From Eledone cirrhosa (Eukaryota), in assembly GCA_964016885.1 (NCBI GenBank), contig OZ024743.1, forward strand, positions 161,386,001 through 161,450,000: a stretch of 64,000 bases of DNA, in the 5' to 3' direction. Both the position numbers and the translations under genes were made by a program. The notes below the pieces were generated by a model that was not told where the DNA came from, did no database searches, and saw only the letters and a program-made list of their open reading frames with translations. Below, one piece after another: positions 24,150 to 38,185 of the stretch (within the stretch, counting starts at the first letter, position 1; each line of letters begins with the position of its first letter).

Positions 24150-25195
24150 TTTTACTTGTGTATGTAGGTGGTTTGAGATCTTCATTCTTCTTCTCATAAG
24201 GATTCTCCTGTCTCTGGGAATAATATTTTTGTGTCTGTTGGCCTTTCTTTCCAAGTAAACTTGGAGCATATGGCTTGTATTATTTCCATGAATTGCTGAA
24301 GTTGTATGTTGACATCTTCCATAGAGAGAGACTGTCAGTCCAGTTTTGCTTCAGGAGCTCCTCTTGAATCCTTTTCCAGTTAGCTTTGTGGAAGTTTAAG
24401 CTGGATAGAGACCCAGTGCTTCCTGTTGGCTGTAAATCTACAGTCTTCCTCGGACTAGACATTCCTAGTTCTACAATATTATGGTCTGAGAAAATCGTTG
24501 GTGTCACTTTCACATTTTGGATGAGCTCCATGTTATTTGTGAAGCAGAGATCCAGGGTATTTTCACCTCTTGTTAGGTGGAGTACCATGTGTTCCATGAA
24601 GAGCCTGTTTGTAAGGTTCAACAAGGATTCTGTCTGCCTTTGTTCAGGTGCCATCATTCCTGAGAGGGGCTGGCCTTCGGGCCATTTGACCTTGGGGAGG
24701 TTGAAATCTTCCAGCAGTAGGATGTTGAGATCTGATCCAAATTGATCAGCACTTCTTCAATCCTTCTGAGACTATCTTCAAGCTTCTCGTCATGTCTGGG
24801 GGCATCTGGTGGTCGATATGTGACATATATTAACATCTTGAGTTGCTTCACATGTTCTATTAGTGTGTCACAAACCGGGTTGGAATGTGACAACAATACT
24901 GACGATATATCTTCACGGATGTACAGAGCAACCCAACCATGAGTTCTTCCCCTCCTGTCAGTACGAAATAAAACATACTTTGGTATGTGCATTTCCACAT
25001 CTACTATGTTAGCTCTCAGGTGAGTTTCAGTTAGTGCTATGCATATTGCTTGATTGCTTGTGAATAGTTTTCTTAGGAAAGGGATCTTACACATGTTTAT
25101 CAAGCCTCTGACATTTAGTAGTAGCACTGGTGTGACATTTGGGGTGTCAGTGGAGGCTGCTGATATGGCATTTGTGTGGGTATCAGTAGCCATCA
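24150..25195 (-). mobile_element. CR1/L2-group LINE APE-endonuclease fragment
   Basis: LLNVRGL, IALTETHL, RTDRRGRTHGWVALYI, TYRPP, TRGENTLDLCFTNN, SDHNIV, LNFHKANW (ORFs 24654-25196 and 24280-24657). Confidence 0.9.
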
Positions 25196-27459
25196 CATAT
25201 ATATAAGCACAGATGTATACTTATACGTTGTTTTCAGCTTGTACAAGAATTTTGTCTCTAGTCATTTTCCCTAGGGATTTTGACTGTATACTGACATGCC
25301 TTTCATCTTTACGGGGTCGATAAAATAAAGTACCAGTAATGTACTGGGATAATTGCTGACCTTGTGCCAAAAGTAGAAACAATTATATATATTTAACCTG
25401 TTTGTTATTTAACCTGATTATATTTTCGTTGTTGTGGTTTCTGTGGCTTTGTCCCCTTAACCACAGTTTTCAATTTGTCACGCCATTTAACATATATTTA
25501 TTACTCTAAGATGTAACTTATCGTTTTATCGATATCTTCTTATTGGGTGCTTCGTGCACAGCTCAGAATATTGTTTCTTTCGTGGATGCTGGCCGAGCGC
25601 CGCAACTTTGATTTGACTAACTTCCACTCATATATATATATAAGTGGAAGTTAGTACATATTATATATATATATGATAAGGTAACTAAAATTTTGTTTGT
25701 GTAGGTCAAATCAAGTATTTTTTGTATGTATGTATGTATGTATGTATGTATGTATGTATGTATGTATGTATGTATGTATGTATGTATGTATGTATGCATT
25801 GATTCTGGTTGTCTGAAGTATAATATATTTTGATTTCTATTAATTCCTTAGGGAATTGTTTGACCAACTGCTTCATATTCTTCTTGATAGCAACACTTTT
25901 AATCAACATGCAGGGATAAGCATGAATATGGGGATACACATAAAAAAACATGCATGTGCGTATTCAGTTGGCCATATCATCATCATCGTTTAACGCCCAT
26001 CTTCCATGCTAGCATGGGTTTTATATATATATATATCCATTCAATGAATTACTAGTGGTGGTACCATGATGAGTATTTGAAGCACAGGCAGAGTGTGTAT
26101 AAGAAGAAGAAAATATAGTTTTGTTTACATGTTTTTTTTAATTATTGACCTGTTATGTATGTTTCACAGATGATTGGCTCAAGGTCACCTATAGAAGATG
26201 TGGATCCAATTCCAGCATTAATCTGCTATTCAAACTTGGCGATTCAATAAAAAAAAATTGTGTATTTGTAGGGATTGGTAAAGTGTTGGGTATATATAAA
26301 CATTGGCCCTAGTTTTTGCGTGGGTGTGTGCATATATATGTTTGAGTGAATAGGTATGCCCACTTGTGTGTGTGTGTATATATATATATTATATGTGTGT
26401 ATAGGTATGGATGTGTGATGATCGGAAGTGTTGATGGTCAGCCAAGAGTCCACTTTCAAGCTTTGCCAGACAGATATCACAATATTCAAAATAAAATAGA
26501 GGACAATGAATGGTGTGGAATTTGGTACTGCTAGTCAGTACTGTTGGGTTACAATTGTTCATCAAGCAGCAACAACATTTTTATGATTCCCAGAACATCA
26601 GTATGTATTTCTCAGACTGGTTCTTGTGAAACTTTTCTGGCATAAAGCTTAGATTGTTCTCTGTTAACACCCTTAAGTAACAGAAACTCTATTCACATGA
26701 CATGAATACAATAGGAAAGTTTGTTCTGGATCTTACTAACACACCATGACTCCTATTGATCTTTATTTATTTATTTATATATTTGTTTATGATACAACTT
26801 TATTCACACATCTTTTAGAAGAGCTATGTGACGTTTTTGTTTTGCTAATGATTTTTAAGAAGTTCACAAGATACAAGAAATCATTATTAGCAATGTGTGG
26901 TAAAGTCAAATTTTACACAATGAGGATTGTGGACTAGATTGTAAACTTTCAAATTTTTTACCTCTGTTAGAAAGTATTCATATTTGAGCCAGTGTAGAAG
27001 CTTCTACACAGAAATTTGACTTGTGAAAATAAAAGTATACCCTTGTATCTTTAAGAAATGAAAGTTTCATTGGATACAGTGATCTATGGAAGCAAAAAGG
27101 AAAATGGTGGGATAAACTCAACTGGAATACCATTGATCCTAGTTCTGCTCAAACAGGGCTAGCAACAGTAACAAAAATAAACTCTAAATATAGGAATATT
27201 GATAATAGTAATGATAATTATTTTTCTAACATAGGCACATTGTCACAAAGTGCGTAGTCAATTTAATCGATTCCTAGTACTTATGTTATTGATCTGAGAA
27301 GGATGATATTGAAGTCAACTCCAGCTGATTATAAACTCAGAAAGTAGAGACAATTAAATAAATATTACAAGGCATTTTATTTGATGCTTTACTGATTTTA
27401 TCACTTAATGGTGGTGGTGGTGGTGGTGGTGGTGGTGGTGCTGTTCTGCCACCACTGGT

Positions 27460-28825
27460 AACCTTAAAGAAGGAAATACTATTTGAAAACACAATTAGGT
27501 ACAGAAACTAATATAAGAGAATTTGATCAAATACAGATTTACAAATACTTAGGAATCAATGAACTAGACATGAAATAAGAATTTAGGAAGAAATATTAAA
27601 GATACATATAGATTACTATTTAAGACAGAACTAAATGCAAAGAATATGGTGATAGGCTAAGGCTTTAATATTCTTAACTGGATACTAAAATAACTAGCAA
27701 GATGACTGATAAATGAGGAAAATAAAAATTTCATTTAGAATGCACTGCCCAAAAATCAAACCTAGAAAAATGATACTTACCATGAACACGAGAGGGTGGG
27801 GAGCTTATGCAACTAGAAAATCGTTATAAAATAACTACTGTAAGGCTACAAAAATACCTAATGAAGATTATCGAAGAGTTAACACAAATAACTATGAAGC
27901 ATGAAGCAAGCAAAAAATGTTTGACTGATAGTTATGAAGAAACAATAACAGAGATGGTGTAAAGCTAAAATCTAAATTGCAAACATATCCAGAATGCATT
28001 GCTAAATCTCTTATAATGCCCATTCCTGAAAAAGTTGAATATGGAGAAGCTGGACAAGGAAAATTCACCACACTAGCTAAGAAGAGCTGGACTCAAAGCC
28101 AAGATTGAAGGATTCATCACCAGAAACATTAAAAGTACATAATGAAGCAGAATAGAGTAAGTAACTGCAAAATATGTGGAAGAGGGAAAGAAACAATCAA
28201 CCATATAGTCTATAACCTCCCAGTGTTAGCCAAAAAAGAATACATCCACAAACATGGTTGGTTTAGTATTTACATACACTGAAAGTAATGCCACCATTTT
28301 GAAACACCAACAGAAAAGAGGTGGTACAGGCATACATCAGAAAAGGTTTCTGAGAATGACAAAGCAAACACACGGACAGGGAGATCAAAGCTAATTGACC
28401 AGATATTGTAGTCAGATACCACAAATAAAAGAGATGCCTCCTAATTGACATACCAGTCACCACAAATAATAATATATCTATCATAGAAATAGGGAAATTA
28501 TCCAAATATAAAGAACTGAAGATAGAAATAATCTAAGTGTGGCTGGTGAAAACAGAAACAATCCTTATGATAGTTGCTCTAGGAATGATAGAAGAAAGAT
28601 GCAAATTTTCAAATATATGCAGCATACAGAAAATAGCACTACTAGATACTGCATGAAGAGTACTTTTAATACAATAAAAACAAAACCACAAAAAAATAAC
28701 ATTGCACATACCCAAGGCACACTGAGCTCTGTAGTGCACTGATAGCATACAATAAAAATAAGACTAACAATAATAATATCCAGTTCAGAATATTAAAAAT
28801 AAGACTAATGAAAATAATAATAATA
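27460..28825 (+). mobile_element. R4/Dong-like RLE LINE, 3' half, decayed, (TAA)n tail
   Basis: YKYLGI (~27540), TELNAKN, GGXGL, CKICGRGKETINHIV zinc knuckle (~28166), PDIVV, CLLIDIPV, KLSKYKELKIEI. Confidence 0.8.
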
Positions 28826-29267
28826 AGTTGCTGAGAAGGAGAGGGGAGGTAGCAGCAACACTAGATAAGGTTAGCTTCAATTTGCCAATCCCTAAATAAA
28901 TAAGTAACAATCATAATAATAATTCTTTCTTTATTGGCCACATGAGCCTACATATGATAGCTAAAAACTAAAATTTAAAAAAACAGCTACTGTCACTAAC
29001 ACAGAAATATTTGAAAAAAAGTAACAAATTTTTAAAAACTGACAATAATGATTGCACCATTTGCTACACAGGACTCGCATTAAGATGACACACAGATCTT
29101 TAATGATAATAAACAACAACTACAACCTAAAATATCAACACAAACCTGCAACACCACCAACACAGAAACATTAGAAAAAAAAAATAAGTAACAACTTTAA
29201 GTGAAGATACTTCTTTCAACCTCACAGCTGCCAACACCACCACAACCATAATATGATAATAATTGTT

Positions 29268-29730
29268 CCTTTATTGGCCACAAGGGCTAACATCAAGAAA
29301 AACATTACAGACGACACAGAACGGTACAGGACGATACAAAGTGGGTTTTGGCCGTGTAAAAAGGTTATAACAAGAAGATAGAAATGTGTAAAAACAAATT
29401 AAAAAATTCAAACAACAAAAATTCCCCAAAAAAGGGGGAAACCTCCGAGGGTCACTCGTGGTGAAAACCACACAAAAGACCACAGCCACCCTGATCACCA
29501 GGGCTAGCACCCGCTCTCAGTTCTCCCACTCCTCAGGCACATACACAGAACAGGCCTGTTCACTCGAACCAGACTTGCCACTGTCACCCACCGTTCAACA
29601 AACTTACTAGATGATAGCACTTGCCTCTCCACCCTGATTTTCCTCTTCAAGTGAAATTTGAAAAAGTTAATCAGGGATTCGCCGAAGAGGAAAGTGTCCA
29701 TCTTCAATCCTTTCAACCTTGTCCACCATA
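29268..29730 (-). mobile_element. L1/Tx1-like LINE 3' end
   Basis: WWTRLKGLK..LINFFKFHLKRKIRVERQVLSSSKFVERW followed by a T-rich 3' UTR ending ccttgtggccaataaa. Confidence 0.6.
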
Positions 29731-29751
29731 CAATAATAATAATAATAATAA

Positions 29752-29936
29752 TAATAATTGTTTCTACTTTTGGCACAAGGCCAGCAATTAACCCAGTGTA
29801 TTACTGGTACTTTATTTTATCGACCCCGAAAGGATGAAAGGCAAAGTTAACCTCGGCGGGATTTGAACTCAGAATGGCAAGGACCGTAACTCTATGCGTC
29901 AAAGCATGGCGTCCGACCCTCTACTGGTACTGCCAA
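29752..29936 (-). mobile_element. SINE family A
   Basis: Full reverse-complement copy of the 5953 SINE, inserted in (AAT)n. Confidence 0.9.
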
Positions 29937-31161
29937 ATAATGGTTTCTGATTTAGACTCAAGGCCAACGGTTTGGGGGAGAGGGGAGGTTGGTTGAATAC
30001 CCCAATGCATTGCTGGTGCTTTGTTTTGTCAACCCTGTGGGGATTTGGGCTCTATTCTGCGGGCATATTTTCTGATGCTCAGTACAGCATCAAATAGGGT
30101 GTGCTTTGCAGCATGGAGTTGCAGCCCTTTGTACTCTGAGTTTGAGTCCTGCCGAGGTTGGGTTTGCCTTTCAGTCTTGCAGGGTCGATGAGGTAGAGCA
30201 TGTACTGTGTCAATAACAACAATAATAATAATCACTCCCACTACCTTCTCTTTTTGGGCTCACTCTCTCTTTTCCTCTCCCTTTTGCTCTTTACTGTTCC
30301 TCCAACAGAGTTCCTTAATCAGCTCCCTCTCTTTACTAAACCTGTTCCCACCCTATCACCGACATCACGCATCTCAGGTTGACCAATGAAATATGGATGA
30401 TAGTAGCTGTCTCTCCCTATGCCAAAACAAAATATCAAGGTAGTCCAGACCCAGAGAGGAGGTGAAACATCTTACTATGCCTCAGATGCTGCTGAAATCT
30501 TAACAAGACTACAGTGGGTAGCAACAACAGCAGTAGTAGTTGTGATAATAGGGTTGATGATGATAGTGATGGTGAGGATAATAATAAGGATTTCTGTACT
30601 GACCACAAAATGTTTATATGAAGAAAACATTAAAGACGTCACTAATAATAATAAATTGTCTGGCACCCGACGAGGGAATAGCTGTGCATCATGGGCAGGA
30701 CAAGCTCACTAATCTTGCTTGATAATCATCCTAGAGATGGTGTCTTGAATAAAATTACCCCTTGGCGGTGAAGGATAAAACACACAAAGAAACAAATACA
30801 AAGCCCCACAATGTTTACAGACAAAATCACATACTGCATCGGTCATCTCTCGGGTCAACAAGGACCGCGTCCTTCAGAGAGGAATTGGTCTTGGGTCAAA
30901 AAGTTTGCAGCCGAAACGAACTCTTCTCCAAATACATAGGAACAGAATTTGGAAATTTTTGCAAAGGCTAGCATCATTAAATTTAAAGCAAAGCATGCAA
31001 AAAAGGGAAGAGGATTGTAGTGATGGAGACTGTTTTCTGGAACTAATAATGTTTAGATATTTATTACATTTAAAAGTTAATATAGTGATTATTAAATAAA
31101 CACTAATGTACATTGAGGTTGATTTTTCTGAGCTTTATATTTCTTTTCTTTTCTGTATATA

Positions 31162-31237
<76 letters not shown>

Positions 31238-31530
31238 AACAAATACTTTAACATCACATTACACAGTTGCTGCTAAGAAAGTAAATATCACAATAATAAA
31301 GTAATTGTTGTTTTCATTATTGTTTTTGCAGACAATAATATAATCGTAGTTGTTGTTGTTTATTCATTGTTGTATTCTAATTAAATGTAACAAATTTATC
31401 AGTTTTACTGTGAATATAAGCAGCAAGCAATGATAGTAGTGTTGAGAGTGGTAGTGCTTGTACTAATGGTGGTAAAAGTAGTAATAATTGGAAAAATGTT
31501 AATGGTTCTGGTAGTGGTTGTAGTGGTGAG

Positions 31531-31885
31531 GGAGCCACATGGAAAAATGGTTAAGAAGTTTGCTTCACAATCATGTGGTTCCTGGTTTGATCCCACTGCG
31601 TGGCATCTTGGGCAAGCATCTTTTAACATAGCCTTGGTTGACCCAAGCCTTGTTAGTGAAATTATGTTGACACAAACTGTTTAGAAGCCTATCTGATGGG
31701 CTGTATCTGTAATTCAAAATCTAGCATTTTTCACATATTATGCCACACTGAATTTCCATGACAATTACATTAAGGATACACATGTGTGTAATATTCAGCC
31801 ACTTACATGTTTATTTATTGAGTAGGCAATCCCATTGATCCACTAGCTGGAACATTCATCATTGAAACCAACAGAAGTACATTTA
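31531..31885 (+). mobile_element. tRNA-derived SINE (family D)
   Basis: tggttaagaagtttgcttcacaatcatgtggttcctggtttgatcccactgcgtggcatcttgggcaag; related pieces at ~16020-16215, 21285-21415(-) and 47545-47670(-). Confidence 0.7.
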
Positions 31886-32920
31886 CTTGTTGGTAGTAGG
31901 GAGGCTAACTATGGTATTAGTGGTGATTGCTGTAGTTATAGTATTGCCAGCAGATGTATTACATCATGGTCAGTGAGTTTGTTTATGATGATGGTAGCAG
32001 TAGTAATGAGGATTGTTGTTATGAAAGATATTTTGTTGAAGATGATGATTGAAGAAATGGTGTTGTGCTGAGGATATAAGAACTAATAGGAAAAAAACAA
32101 TATGGAATTGGTTATAAAAATATACATATTTTTCTGAGAGATAAGGTCTATGAATTAACATAGATGGAGAAATTTTTCATTTCCTAGAAAAATACAATCA
32201 TGATGGTGCCATTAGATTTTCATATATTGCCATAGATATCCAAAATGGTAGACATTAGATGTAACAAGACCCAAAATATTAAATTAATGCTCAAGGAAAC
32301 ATAATAGGATGGAATTTTCATCCTTTATTTCTTTTTTTTTTTTTACTTGTGTTACTAATTTGATGAATGTCTTACTGTTTTATGATATAGAAAGTTTCAT
32401 ACAGACTTACATCCTTTACATTGACAAATCTGTATAGAGAAACTAAATAGTCTGTAGGCTTTTAAATCTATATAGAATGGACATTGTTAAATATCTATTG
32501 AGAAACTATATTGTCTGGGTATAGTCAGGGGTATTTTTCCTCAACCGTATTGTTGATATTTATTGCTAACTAAATAGAATATGATTCACTGAGAAAATCT
32601 AATAAGACTGAAATATGTTGATTGCTTTCACTTTTTGTATTTAAAGATGAGATTTACACCAATCGGCATTGCCTGTATTGTCCAAAATGTTCAATCAACA
32701 GAACTTATTGAAGTTATCTCCTTTACTTATTGGTTTTAGATTGTATCGCCTCTACAGGAAGTTTCTGTTTGCTAATTGCATAAAAAATCGCAGTTAATCA
32801 GTATTCTTCAACTCACTATATAATGTGTATGTTGCCCTATCATATTTGTATATATGCATTTTATATATATATGTATGTGTGTGTTTACATATGTCTATAT
32901 ATATATATAGGTGTGTGTGT

Positions 32921-33600
32921 GTCATCATCATCATTTAATGTCCATTTTCCATGCTTGTATGAGGTAGACGGGTTGTCATGTTATGAGACATTGATCCAGC
33001 AACCATGTCTTGCTTATACGGATTCGTATTTTGGTTTGGTGTCCATGGCTGGATGCCCTTCTTAACACCAACAATGTTACAGTGCGAACTGGGTGCTTTT
33101 ATCATGGCACTGAAATAACTACTTTATAGGGTGGACTGGGTATTTTTTGTCATATCACCAACACCACGTCTTTACAGTGTGAACTGGGTGCTTTTTGTTG
33201 TTTCACCAGCACAACCACCTTACAGGATGGACTGAGTGCTTTTGTTGTTGTAGCGTCAGGGGAAGGGGATTCTACAGTACAACATGATGCCAGAGGTCTC
33301 AATCCTGTGTCATCTTTGTGAGGTTTAATTGGGCATGGTCAACTTTTATCACTTCATCCCAAGTTTTCCTAGGTCTCTGTCTTCTATAGTTACCATCAAA
33401 TTTGAGTACCCTGTACCTCTTTATATATCTGTCATCCTCCATTCACATCACATGTCAAAACCACTACGATATCCTCTCCTGTACACTGCATCTGACCTGC
33501 TTATGTCTAGTTTCTCTCTCCATTCACTGATGCTTTGACATCCATGCACACTACTATTACATATCTATCAGAGCATGTGGGCTTCATTTCTTTCCATGAC
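32921..33600 (-). mobile_element. Old RTE 3' fragment with tandem ~48-bp tail units
   Basis: (cat)n; units at 33066-33250; minus strand MLXXMC...RRGYRSGFDM/GRPRKTW-like. Confidence 0.75.
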
Positions 33601-33615
33601 TATATACCACATGCC

Positions 33616-33651
<36 letters not shown>

Positions 33652-33863
33652 CGTGTTTAGGCATGTTGAGTATGATTAATGAAGAAGACAATTGCTAATA
33701 ACTGATCTCTAGTTTGTACTTAGATTTATATATATGTATTATACAGTTTTGGCACTGTTTCTCTAGTGGATGTCAGAAAATCAAGCCTCCAACTCAAGTG
33801 GGGTTTTGTGTAGTAACTGCCACCATTAATCAATCCTATCAGGGCTGCTGATTGTTTCATGAG

Positions 33864-33938
33864 ATTGATAAAACACTGTTAAATTGATAAAACACTGTTA
33901 AATTGATAAAACACTGTTAAATTGATAAAACACTGTTA
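33864..33938. repeat. 19-bp minisatellite x4 (attgataaaacactgttaa)
   Basis: Four near-perfect tandem copies. Confidence 0.97.
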
Positions 33939-34350
33939 TGTAATTCAAAAGAATTAACAGAAACTAAATTTTCTGAATTACTTCTATCCATTGGCACTTT
34001 GAATTCCAACTGATAGTTGTTATCACCTCTGATTGGTTAAGTAGAAAAAGTTCCTACTTCAAATTCTTTTGATGTCTCAATAAGCATCTGTTTCCTCTTC
34101 ATACATAAGAGACAAGAAAAGTTTCCATAAACATCAGTGAGACAACCAGAGTTTAAAAACATCCTGAACACATGAGTTGTTTTAATATATTTTATACAAT
34201 ACATAAATTTTATCTTGTATGTACTAATATTATGTAATGCAGCACTATATTATATTTTGTACCAATATGAATTTTATCTTAATTGTATCTACCAACATGT
34301 TATCATAGAGTACCATAATATTTTGTTTATGGTTTTTTGGGGGGGTTTTT

Positions 34351-34477
34351 GCATTACTGGTGCTTTATTTTAGCGATCCCATAAGGATGAAAGGCAAAGT
34401 TAACCTTGGTGGGATTTGAACATTATGCTGCAAAGCATGGCATCCGACCCTCTACAACTACTGCTAATCCAACACCT
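34351..34477 (-). mobile_element. SINE family A (partial)
   Basis: gcattactggtgctttatttta...ggatgaaaggcaaagttaacc. Confidence 0.8.
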
Positions 34478-34559
34478 GTGAAATATACATGTGTTTTGTA
34501 AAACACATCAACTCTGTCTTACTATTATGTCCCCCTATTGTGTATTGTAATGCTATATA

Positions 34560-35849
34560 CAGGGTGCGGACGATATTTGTTCGCAAGATTACTGTCTAGG
34601 AAAAAATAACACAGTAGTTTTATTTTTTAAGATATATTTATCAAACTTGGGTCAGTTTGTCTTCATCACTTGTTCTTTAGATCTCACTTGATAAACTCAC
34701 CATTGGCTTTGATGTCAGCCTCAAGGCGGCCTCGGAACCGGCTACAGGCCTTCGTCACTGTCCCCCGACTTAGGCCCCTAAAGGCACTTGTATCCTGGCC
34801 TTCAGATCATCTTTCGTATTGCAGCTAGATCTGTTGGTGTCTCGTTCCACTGCACCCCACACAAAGAAGTCGAGGGGGTTGCAGTCAGGCGAGCTCGGAG
34901 GCCAGATGTCAGGTGAAGTGTGGTCGACGAAGTTCTCTGACAGCCAGGCTTGGGTTTTCGGCTGGTATGGCAGGGCGTTGAGTCTTGCTGCCACACATAC
35001 GGCCTACCTGCAGCTACCTGGTCGATCCAGGGCTTTACTACCTCACTCAGAACGCGGATGTAGCCATCGGTGTTCAGCTTGAGGCCCTCAGGGAAGAAGT
35101 GAGGTGGCATGACGTCACCTTGACTGCTGACGACACCTAAGACCAATGTTGTCGCTGGAAACTTTGTCTGCTTGACTCTGGGCACGTCTTTGGATGAGAC
35201 AGCGAGCCACCTGTTGTTCTGGGAGTTGATCTTCTGGTCTTGGCAGAAGTTTTTCTCGTCGGAGAAATACCACAGCATGTCTGGCTCCAGTGGGTGTTTC
35301 AACTTGTTGATCAGCTTCTTTGCATGCTTCAGTCGCTTTTCTTGCATCGCCTTTGACAGAAATTGTCCTTTCCTCATCTTGTATGAAATGTAGTGAATGT
35401 CTTCATGTACCACCAGCCTAATGAGCTTTTCATCCATGCCTTCCTCCCTTGCAATGGCACGCATCGACTTGCTAGGTTCATTGTTGATGATATCCGAACT
35501 CGGGCGATCTGAAGGTGTCAGATCATCGATCATGTTTTTTCCACTCTGATGTTGCTTCGTAGTCGAATCCTGAATCTTCCAATTCCTTTCTGACCTTTTC
35601 CACCATTCTCCTGCTGACGCTGAGAAAGTCTGAAATTTCCTTCTTTGTCCTCCTGGTGTGGATTCCAAGAAGAACTCCGTGTCTCTTCCACAAATTTGGA
35701 TGTTCAAAATTATTCATAATCAATTATTCTGAAAATAAATAATGGAAATATAGTCACTGTTTTTATGAAGACAAGAGTGACAACGGAAGTAAAAAAATTT
35801 GCATAAAATTAGCAGTTGAAAATTGCGAACAAATATCGTCCACACCCTG
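34560..35849 (-). mobile_element. Tc1/mariner DD37D (maT) DNA transposon, copy 2
   Basis: Same TIRs, TA-flanked; ORF 34802-35707 has WYFSDEKNF and WQQDSTPCH; a frameshifted ORF has WPPSSPDCNPLD. Confidence 0.95.
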
Positions 35850-36057
35850 TATAGTATCTTTTCTATCACTGTTTCCCACCAGTATCTCACAATATTGTGC
35901 AATACAATATAAATTCAATTGTCAGATAAGGCTGCACATGTTTACATTGGTAAAGCCATTTTATATTGATAATTGATTTGATCAGGATGGCCATAATAAC
36001 TTTTAACTTTGTATCATTGGATGTAAAAGCTATTTCAGATCATTTTTAGTGACTCAC

Positions 36058-36320
36058 AACTAACTAATCGATTGAGTAGAGAAAGAGAGAGCAGTAGACA
36101 TCAGTTGCTATTTTTCTGTTTCATTACATGCATGCACTGAGCTCCGTTCATAGTCAAAACACTTACTTTCGCCTGCCCAGTCAAATTAGTTGTAAGTACC
36201 ACAGAATTATAATTATAAATACAGAAAGTTAGATCTCGTGAGATACTTTAGCAATGTCGAGAGAAAAATTAGTTGTCTATTGCATGGTCTGAGAGAAGTG
36301 CGATATACAGTTAGTTAGTT
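36058..36320. repeat. Degenerate MITE-like inverted repeat
   Basis: aactaactaa...ttagttagtt ends; gcagtagacatcagttgctatttttct versus agaaaaattagttgtctattgc. Confidence 0.55.
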
Positions 36321-37155
36321 CAGAAAGGCAGAAGCCATTTTACAGTGAAGTTCATGAGAATGAAAAATGTCATATACTGTGGGGAGGAGAGGAATCTGAC
36401 AATTTGGGACTGGTTTTTTATTTGTGACAGAAGAAGTTTTTCAATTAAAAAGAAGCCATTATAGAGGCAGAGAAGTAAAAGTGCATGGCTGTGGCCGCTG
36501 TAGTGTGCTGATGATGCCAAAAATTTAGATGGCTTTTTTTCGAGGTGTAGTCTAATATGTTTGCATATGTAGCAGTATTAATGTCCCTGTGGAACTCTGG
36601 AATGTGGTTGGGGATAGGAAGGGCATCCAACCAGAGAAAACCTGCTAAACAAAGAGTTGGGCGGACTCTTCAGCTGTATCAAAGAAATGACAACCTCTCA
36701 AGTGCTGGTACTGTGATAAAATACACCTCATGAACTCTGTACAGTGAGGGGACATATGTAACCAAATCTTGATGATGATGACGATGTATGCATATCTAGT
36801 GAGACAGATGGATCTCTTTTCCAGAAATAAGTTATTTAGTAGAAACTGAAAATAAAATTTTGAGAGAAAAGAAATGAAAACAGAAAAATAATTATGAAGA
36901 TAAAATGTTTAAAACAAGATCTATCACAGTTTTTCAAAGTCCAATGTAAGGATGAGATGAGTGTGTGCAACAGATGAGAGAAAATGTTGGCAGTAATCTA
37001 TTGTTGAAAATTACTTGATGCTGAAATTACTGAAATTTATGTCCCTTTATTCTTTTCATCCTTTTCATATGAATGTACTATATGAGTACATATATCTATA
37101 TGTATATGGTTGATGGCTGAGAGAAAAGAGTACTCAATACCAGAGTGGAATTTTA

Positions 37156-37271
37156 ATGTTCATTATATTAAGGCTAAATAGAAAGTTTTGTTACTCTGGA
37201 GTTTCGCTTCTTTATCCAGGTAATTCTCCAGAGTAACAAGACTCACTATTAAACCTTAATAAAATGAATAT
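37156..37271. repeat. Short foldback next to (TA)n
   Basis: atgttcattatattaaggctaaatagaaagttttgttactctggag pairs with ctccagagtaacaagactcactattaaaccttaataaaatgaatat; 24-nt spacer. Confidence 0.88.
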
Positions 37272-37274
37272 ATG

Positions 37275-37307
<33 letters not shown>

Positions 37308-37619
37308 ATGTGTATGTAATGTTTGTAAATGAGTATAAATATTTGTGTATATATGTAAGAGCATGATGAATTCAATTGATGTTTACATTTTGTAACTGTT
37401 TTTTTTTCTGATTTCCTGCGATGTATGGCTTTGTTCTAACCTTGTTTCCTGTACTACTTTTATTTCTGTGCAAGACAGTTATTTCTATTGACCTATTTAA
37501 GATATTCGTTACTTTATTCATTTCAGTATGTGCTTAGACAAGACACTTCACTTTCTTTGTCCAAACTTGTGAATGGCTATATAAGAAAGTATCATTTATC
37601 TTGTTGCTATGATTTGGAA

Positions 37620-38185
37620 GCCATCTAGTAGTTGTTATATCTTCTTCTATGCTTCTAATACCTGTGTCACAATGAAGTTCCTCCTCTGGCTCACCCTGTC
37701 TTCAACTTGGTATCATCTTCAAAAGCATCCTTCCATGTGATGGTTGGTCTCCCAATTCATCTGCACACATCAGGTTTCCAGAAAAGAACTCTGTCAACAA
37801 GTTCATTATGATGTTTCACAAGCCTCCTATGCCTTATGATGTTAGAAAAGCAAAGGTGTGAGCCATAGAGCAATTTTTTGCTTAGCGTGTTTTCCAGGAT
37901 ATGTTCTGGACCTTTCTCAGCATTTACATGAATGTGCCATTAATCCTCTTGGTGAGTATTTTTGTTAGTGTCCATGACTTACATCCCAGAGAAGAATGGA
38001 CTCATGTTGCTTTGAATAGCCTCATTTTCATTGTTTTCTAAATCGGAGATACCCACACTTTCGATGGAGAGTTGAGAGGCCCCCATACCTTGCCTATCCT
38101 TGTGTCCACATCATACTCTGTGTTCACGAAACTGCCAAGTTATAAGAAGTCATCCACTCCTTCAATCTCCGAATCATATAGCGCA
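37620..38185 (-). mobile_element. Old RTE/BovB-like LINE 3' fragment
   Basis: Minus strand EGVDDF.*LGS..TEYDVDTRIGK..W, MRLFKAT, SWTLTK, QNISWK, GRP..TW. Confidence 0.75.

Noticed and set aside
30640-30965. Possible exon or second L1/Tx1 3' end
   Set aside because: Only vague similarity on the minus strand; no convincing splice sites or motifs.
36505-36545. CUGAUGA followed by a gcca/tggc stem
   Set aside because: No GAAA after stem II and no stems I/III; not a hammerhead.
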